A DNA stretch of 64,000 nt from an uncultured Gammaproteobacteria bacterium (GTDB taxonomy: Bacteria; Patescibacteriota; Patescibacteriia; UBA9934): positions 515,053 to 579,052 of the forward strand of contig CAYVLY010000001.1 of NCBI GenBank assembly GCA_964452565.1. The letters are read 5' to 3'. Within the stretch, counting starts at the first letter, position 1; the number at the start of each line of letters is the position of its first letter. Under the pieces are notes generated by a model. That model had not been told where the DNA came from. It searched no databases and was given only the letters and a program-made list of their open reading frames with translations. This document shows positions 59,801 through 64,000 of the stretch, in pieces. The position numbers and the translations under genes were made by a program.

Positions 59801-61888
59801 GCAGAGGCAGAAGCAGCTCCAATAAAAAATGACGCTGGCGAACTAATGGCGATTGTTGGGCGGGCAAAAGACGTAACTAAGGAGCTTGAAGCAAAACAAT
59901 TGCTTGAGGATACTAAAGAACGGTTCGAGGATATTGCTAATAGCTCTGGTGACTGGATTTGGGAAGTTAATGCGCAAGGTCAATACACCTATGCATCTGG
60001 AAAGGTAAAGCAAATCCTTGGCTACTCACCGAAAGAACTTCTAGGAAAGACCCCATTCGATTATATGCCAGAAGAAGAGGCTGCCAAGATCGGTAAGGCA
60101 TTTGGGGTAATAGCTAAAGGCAAAAAACCTATTATTGATTTGGAAAACTGGAATGTAACAAAATCAGGAAAACGTGTATGTCTACTAACAAATGGGGTGC
60201 CGCTATTAGAGGATGGAAAATTAATTGGATATCGTGGAGTTGATAAAGACATCACCCAAAGCAAGGTTGCAGAGCAAAAAGCTGAGGATGAAGTCAAAAA
60301 CTATGAGCTGCTCTCAAAAATAGGCATCGCACTTAATGCATCTGAATCATTTGAAGAAACCATAAGCGGCATCCTAGAACAACTTAGTGAATCATTTATG
60401 TTGGATGGAATTATCGGCTTCACGCTGGACGATAAGACTGATATAGCACGAGCTTCATTCTCCTGGCAGAGAAAAAAAGATTACTGCCTTAAAGATGGAA
60501 AGATCGACCTAGGCTCGACGCCTTCATTTGTAAAAATGCTCAAGGAAAAGGGTGTGGTTTTGGCAGATGACATCAAAAAACTGCCAAACGATCTTTACAT
60601 ATTCCTAAAGTCGAAAAAAATAAAATCTATTCTATCACTTCCAATTAAACCATTCCGAGCTACCAATGGATTTATATGCTTCCATTCGATTGAAAGAAGC
60701 AGGCACTGGCATCCAGAAGAGGTGCGTGTGCTAAAGATTATCGCTAACATGCTTTCTCAGGCACTTGAGAGACGGATGATTCGTGAAGAGACTGAGGCAG
60801 AGCGAGAAAAGCTACATAAGACACTCTATAACATCGGAGATGCTGTGATTGCCGTTGATAGAGACCTTAAGGTCACTCAATTCAACAAAGTCGCTGCAGA
60901 TATCACTGGTATCAAGCCTGAACAAATCCTCGGAAAACGCTATGACACAAAAATCAGGTTTGTCCATGCAGATAATGACAAAAAGGTGGACCAATTCATT
61001 TTAGATGTATTTGCAACTGGCGAACGGCAGATTATGCATGACAAGACTGTGCTTATCGATGCACAAGGAAAGAAAAAACCAATTGCCGACAGTGCAGCAC
61101 CATTAAAAGACGCACGAGGAAATATTATTGGATGTGTTGTAGTATTCCGTGACATCACACTTGAGCAAGAGATTGATAAAATGAAAACTGAGTTTGTGTC
61201 AGTAGCATCCCATCAGCTCCGCACTCCACTTGGAGGTATAAAATGGTTTACTGAACTGCTACAAAATGAATCGCTGGGCAAGCTTACTACAAAACAAAAA
61301 GATGCAGTTAGCAACATTGCGCTAAGCAATGAGCGCATGATAACCCTTGTCAAAGACCTTTTGAATGTATCACGCATGGAAGAAGGCCAAGAGCTAATCA
61401 TAAAACGCAAGCAAATAAATATCTGTAAAATTATTGAGTCTGTCATTAAAGAAGATTCTATTCTTGCAAAAAGTCGACACGTCACAGTAGAGCCCACTGA
61501 AGAATGTAAGGGTAAAAAACGCATAATACTAAGTGTGGATCCAAAACGTATTGAGCAGGTCATTCATAACATCCTAAATAATGCGATCAAATACTCAAAA
61601 CGTAATGGAAAGGTGACGGTTGGTATAAAACAAACTCCGAAAGAAGCAACATTCATCATCAAGGATTATGGAGTTGGGATTCCAAAACGCCAGCAAGCTA
61701 GAGTGTTTGAGAAATTCTTCCGCGCAGACAATATTCTCACTATGCAGACTGATGGTACTGGCCTTGGGCTTTATATATGTAAAGTGATAATTGAGGCGCA
61801 TGGCGGAAAAATATGGTTTGAATCTGAAGTAGGCAAAGGGACCACAGTGTACTTTACGATTCCAAAGAAGACGCCTCGAAAACAATAA
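56876..61888 (+). CDS. Cytoplasmic multi-PAS/GAF sensor histidine kinase
   Basis: About 10 PAS/PAC repeats (DIT/DVT), GAF, SHQLRTPL H-box, NAIKY, DYGVGI, GTGLGL. Confidence 0.93.
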   Translation: MRTKGNEINFPKIIEHVSDAVFVKDRSRKYIFVNTAAAKMIGKPKSKIIGKTAEQVFSKADAEKIRKVDNANFQGKKVDVVEQLTKNGIEHYLHTVQNPIKDRNGNIVGISGTVRDVTEESKQKEELMEVKENLSTITDNLKDAIFAKDANRKYTFVNPAAAKMMGLSVSKIIGKTPEQIFSKKNAQKIRKVDNKNFRGKKVDQVENLTINGRIFYLHTVQIPIKGKNGKVIGISGVVRDVTDSHERQKQLEDAKKTAERLLDIAGVMIIALDPQGKVSMINERGCEILGYKRDEIIGKDWFYHFLPKGHIKEVKGVFNKIIEGDLKLTKFYENPILRKDGSQRMIAWHNSYVEDEDGNITGILSSGEDITERKKGEEELKESEHLLSRAQEITHLGHWRLDAKTLKVTGSDELFKIFGFPRDRSTLDDFAKVVHPDDREYDLGMIQRGLKEGKPWDIEHRLLLKNGTIKHVHAIGEVVKDKKGKVDYLIGTVQDITEKKQAEQTLKKSKEIIDVTNHSVITTDLKGIITSANNGACKIFGYSPDELIGHPVSRIYPESSIKELKHTIGTLKQGKSILNIKGRAQRKNKETITMLASFHPLKDERGNVTELLGISRDISKEEEVQMEIKNLQEYLDLQVQRMPLGLIVWDADFKVKSWNPMAEKIFGFKEKEALGKHPYDLIVPKSAQKHVDKIWGRLLEGDKTAHSENSNFTKNGKNIFCAWSNTPLKDGKKVVGVLSMVQDITARKQAQEELVTNEERYRTVFESVKDMIIVEDAKTGEIIDVNKATVDQTGYSKEELMKMGVAGFSPKGPKFSQKKIIEKIKKAAQGKPQTFEWGFVHKNGKLHHTIVHLSRTQFGGDYRLVAVASDVTKQRKFEEQLRSNEEQFRTIFNFSPASTVLWDLSGKIIRCNEMFVRLHKAKGGKDAQVGRNIAEFVSKDQHKFLADRIGQVIKTGKNSGIINFTMMRDDGSTFKAEAEAAPIKNDAGELMAIVGRAKDVTKELEAKQLLEDTKERFEDIANSSGDWIWEVNAQGQYTYASGKVKQILGYSPKELLGKTPFDYMPEEEAAKIGKAFGVIAKGKKPIIDLENWNVTKSGKRVCLLTNGVPLLEDGKLIGYRGVDKDITQSKVAEQKAEDEVKNYELLSKIGIALNASESFEETISGILEQLSESFMLDGIIGFTLDDKTDIARASFSWQRKKDYCLKDGKIDLGSTPSFVKMLKEKGVVLADDIKKLPNDLYIFLKSKKIKSILSLPIKPFRATNGFICFHSIERSRHWHPEEVRVLKIIANMLSQALERRMIREETEAEREKLHKTLYNIGDAVIAVDRDLKVTQFNKVAADITGIKPEQILGKRYDTKIRFVHADNDKKVDQFILDVFATGERQIMHDKTVLIDAQGKKKPIADSAAPLKDARGNIIGCVVVFRDITLEQEIDKMKTEFVSVASHQLRTPLGGIKWFTELLQNESLGKLTTKQKDAVSNIALSNERMITLVKDLLNVSRMEEGQELIIKRKQINICKIIESVIKEDSILAKSRHVTVEPTEECKGKKRIILSVDPKRIEQVIHNILNNAIKYSKRNGKVTVGIKQTPKEATFIIKDYGVGIPKRQQARVFEKFFRADNILTMQTDGTGLGLYICKVIIEAHGGKIWFESEVGKGTTVYFTIPKKTPRKQ

Positions 61889-61931
61889 TACAAAAACACC
61901 CTCGAGCTCGACTCAAGGGTGTTTTTTATTT

Positions 61932-63758
61932 TTATTGAATAACGCCTCCCCACTCAACCACTGTGAATCCTTCACGGTCAAATGTTTCAATCTTCATGGG
62001 ATTTGATGCAATCGGCTCATTAAGCTCTGTAAAGTCCATTAATATTCTGAATATCGAATCTGGCTCAACCGAGAGCTTCATTGGTGCGATCGCGTCCATA
62101 ACCTGCGTGCCATGGAATCCGATCTTGTAATACGGTGCCTCCTGCATTCGCGGATACCAGAACTCCATAAAGTCAAAGATCTCTTGGTTGTTCAGTCCAT
62201 ACTTTCCAAGTGTCTTTATTAAGAACCGCTCAACTTCAGCCTGCTCTACAACCCAGTAGTACTTTGGCGCAGAGTACACACCTCCGCGACCCTCCCAGAA
62301 CAAGTAAGTATATTCTTTGCCATCTTTGAGGTTTGTAAGCGTTCCGTCAGTCTGTGCAATAACCGACCATCCATCATCATACACTGGCTCAGTGTATGTG
62401 AATCCGCCTTGCGGCTCGATCATCACATCAATCTGCATTTCTTCTTCTGGATATAGATAGATTACTGGCTTTCCACACTCAGCAGCTGGAACAATCTCAT
62501 TATTCTCAAACTCAATCCATCGTCCCAAAGAGTCTTGATAATAAAAGTATGGGTTCATTGCTATAAACTCCTCAAATGACCCTTCGTCATTTCGTAGAAG
62601 CCATTGTGTGTACTCATCCACATAGTACTCCATGGAATATTCAATTGGCTCGTAAATGTCATAAACCACCCCATGTGCTTCGACTGATCCAGTTGCTTCT
62701 AAAGAGCCAATCTCATCTAAATCAGCAATATTGGTTGGTGACATGTAGCCGCACCTATATGACTCGGCTTTAGAGTAAGCATATTCATTTTCTATTCCAT
62801 CATCCCATGCAACTGGAACAACTTGATTATACCCATCCACATTATCCCAAAATGGAACTTTTATATCGTATACAATAACCCTGCTATCCGCGCTGGTATA
62901 GAAGAACAGGTTATCAAACACAGACAACGCCGAATCGCTCGTTTGTTCAATTAGGTTCCCATCGTGGTCTGACAACCGATACAATACTTTGCCATCCAGA
63001 TACCCCTCGATGCTAAATTCTCTGACATCGATCTCATTAGGATAACCTGTATAACTTCCAATTCCGAGCAATACATACTCATTGCCATCCGAATCAACAA
63101 TATCGCCATACTCAAACTCCTCAATAACTGAATCTGTATCAAAATTCATCTCCCGAGCCAGGACCGAAATTACTGACTCCCCTGTATTTGATGAACTTGA
63201 TGAATCGTACCTTTCTAGCACTGAATCAAACTCTGTCTCAGAAGAAAATCCACCCAGAATTGTTAGATACCCATCCAGCAAGACCGATTTCTGTGTCTCA
63301 TTGTCTGGAACTAGGATATAAAAAGTGTCATATGCATAACCCATGCCAGCAATCTTTGCGATCTGCATGGTAAGTTTATATCCTTCATATATTCCGGATT
63401 GGATCTCACCAATCTCATATGCGATAACCTCCTCTACATCATCCTCATCATATGGTTCTCGATCTTCGTCAAGAAATGCCATAGCTAATGCTGAATTTGG
63501 CTCAATCTCAGAGTGTGTTGAAAGCCAAGAAATGTCGAGTATTTCCGAATTCTCAAGCACAGTTGGCTCAACTTCCTCGACCTCCACTTCCTCCTCTTCC
63601 TCGTCAATATCTTCAACATCTTCGACATCATCATCAACAAAAACTACATCACTATCTGATTGATTAGAGAGCCAATAGCCGGCCCCAAAAGCGACAATGG
63701 CTAGTCCAACTGCCGCTGCAATTAGGATCACCCAGATCCCTGTAAAACCTTTTTTCAT
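61932..63758 (-). CDS. Exported protein with C-terminal KPVIYLYP domain
   Basis: N-terminal TM; CGKPVIYLYP, YLFWEG, VVEWGG. Confidence 0.8.
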   Translation of the reverse strand: MKKGFTGIWVILIAAAVGLAIVAFGAGYWLSNQSDSDVVFVDDDVEDVEDIDEEEEEVEVEEVEPTVLENSEILDISWLSTHSEIEPNSALAMAFLDEDREPYDEDDVEEVIAYEIGEIQSGIYEGYKLTMQIAKIAGMGYAYDTFYILVPDNETQKSVLLDGYLTILGGFSSETEFDSVLERYDSSSSSNTGESVISVLAREMNFDTDSVIEEFEYGDIVDSDGNEYVLLGIGSYTGYPNEIDVREFSIEGYLDGKVLYRLSDHDGNLIEQTSDSALSVFDNLFFYTSADSRVIVYDIKVPFWDNVDGYNQVVPVAWDDGIENEYAYSKAESYRCGYMSPTNIADLDEIGSLEATGSVEAHGVVYDIYEPIEYSMEYYVDEYTQWLLRNDEGSFEEFIAMNPYFYYQDSLGRWIEFENNEIVPAAECGKPVIYLYPEEEMQIDVMIEPQGGFTYTEPVYDDGWSVIAQTDGTLTNLKDGKEYTYLFWEGRGGVYSAPKYYWVVEQAEVERFLIKTLGKYGLNNQEIFDFMEFWYPRMQEAPYYKIGFHGTQVMDAIAPMKLSVEPDSIFRILMDFTELNEPIASNPMKIETFDREGFTVVEWGGVIQ

Positions 63759-63769
63759 AATTAATCGGG

Positions 63770-64000
63770 TTACTTTATATATGATGTTGTTATAACACCG
63801 TTTTGTATTTGTGTCACGAGCTCTTCTGACGATACTTCTGCAAGATCAGCAAACAGGTCAACGGCCTCAACGTCTGTCATTGGTACTGGCTGGCTTCCCT
63901 GTGTCCAAACTGGCATCAAGTGAATCTCAATCTCGTCAGAATCGATAATCACACCTGCTGTTAGTGCCGGAAAGGTAACTGGATCAACCTGATCGAATAT
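63770..64000 (-). CDS. 3' end of a hypothetical protein (partial)
   Basis: Open frame runs to the window edge. Confidence 0.5.
   Translation of the reverse strand: MFDQVDPVTFPALTAGVIIDSDEIEIHLMPVWTQGSQPVPMTDVEAVDLFADLAEVSSEELVTQIQNGVITTSYIK

Overview
Chromosomal window from a small-genome bacterium, most likely Patescibacteria/CPR (Parcubacteria-like; inferred from the stand-alone 16S with a GCAGCAGCGG variant at the 515F site, SD-less housekeeping genes, short SMC and CPR-type orphans). Backbone genes: pilB, smr, tsaE, tsaD, yhhQ, trmB-like, AI-2E, hsp20, vanW, CNNM, clpP, nrnA, VKOR, smc, rpsP, trmD, khpA, 16S rRNA, pgm, five tRNAs and a 10-PAS histidine kinase. Three accessory layers stand out. 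(1) A 7,378-bp integrative element sits in tandem duplicate at the 3' end of tRNA-Glu. Its att core (GGTCACCAAA) lies inside its serine recombinase gene, so attL and attP give two different C-termini. (2) An array of six small GC-rich membrane-protein genes (2149-4527) in which every gene is followed by a short GC hairpin abutting a 39-41-nt hairpin of constant length, conserved in structure with covariation but not in sequence. (3) About a dozen dispersed GC-rich orphan genes, each with a consensus sigma70 promoter, a C-rich tract plus strong SD, and a 3' hairpin, some flanks shared near-identically between different genes. Also seen: a HisR/YerC-type operator controlling two paralogous unknown enzymes, a ~220-bp structured repeat in two copies, a candidate 6S-like ncRNA, tRNA-Gly integration scars and a REP-like repeat inserted in frame in smc. 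All calls are by eye; no database searches were run.
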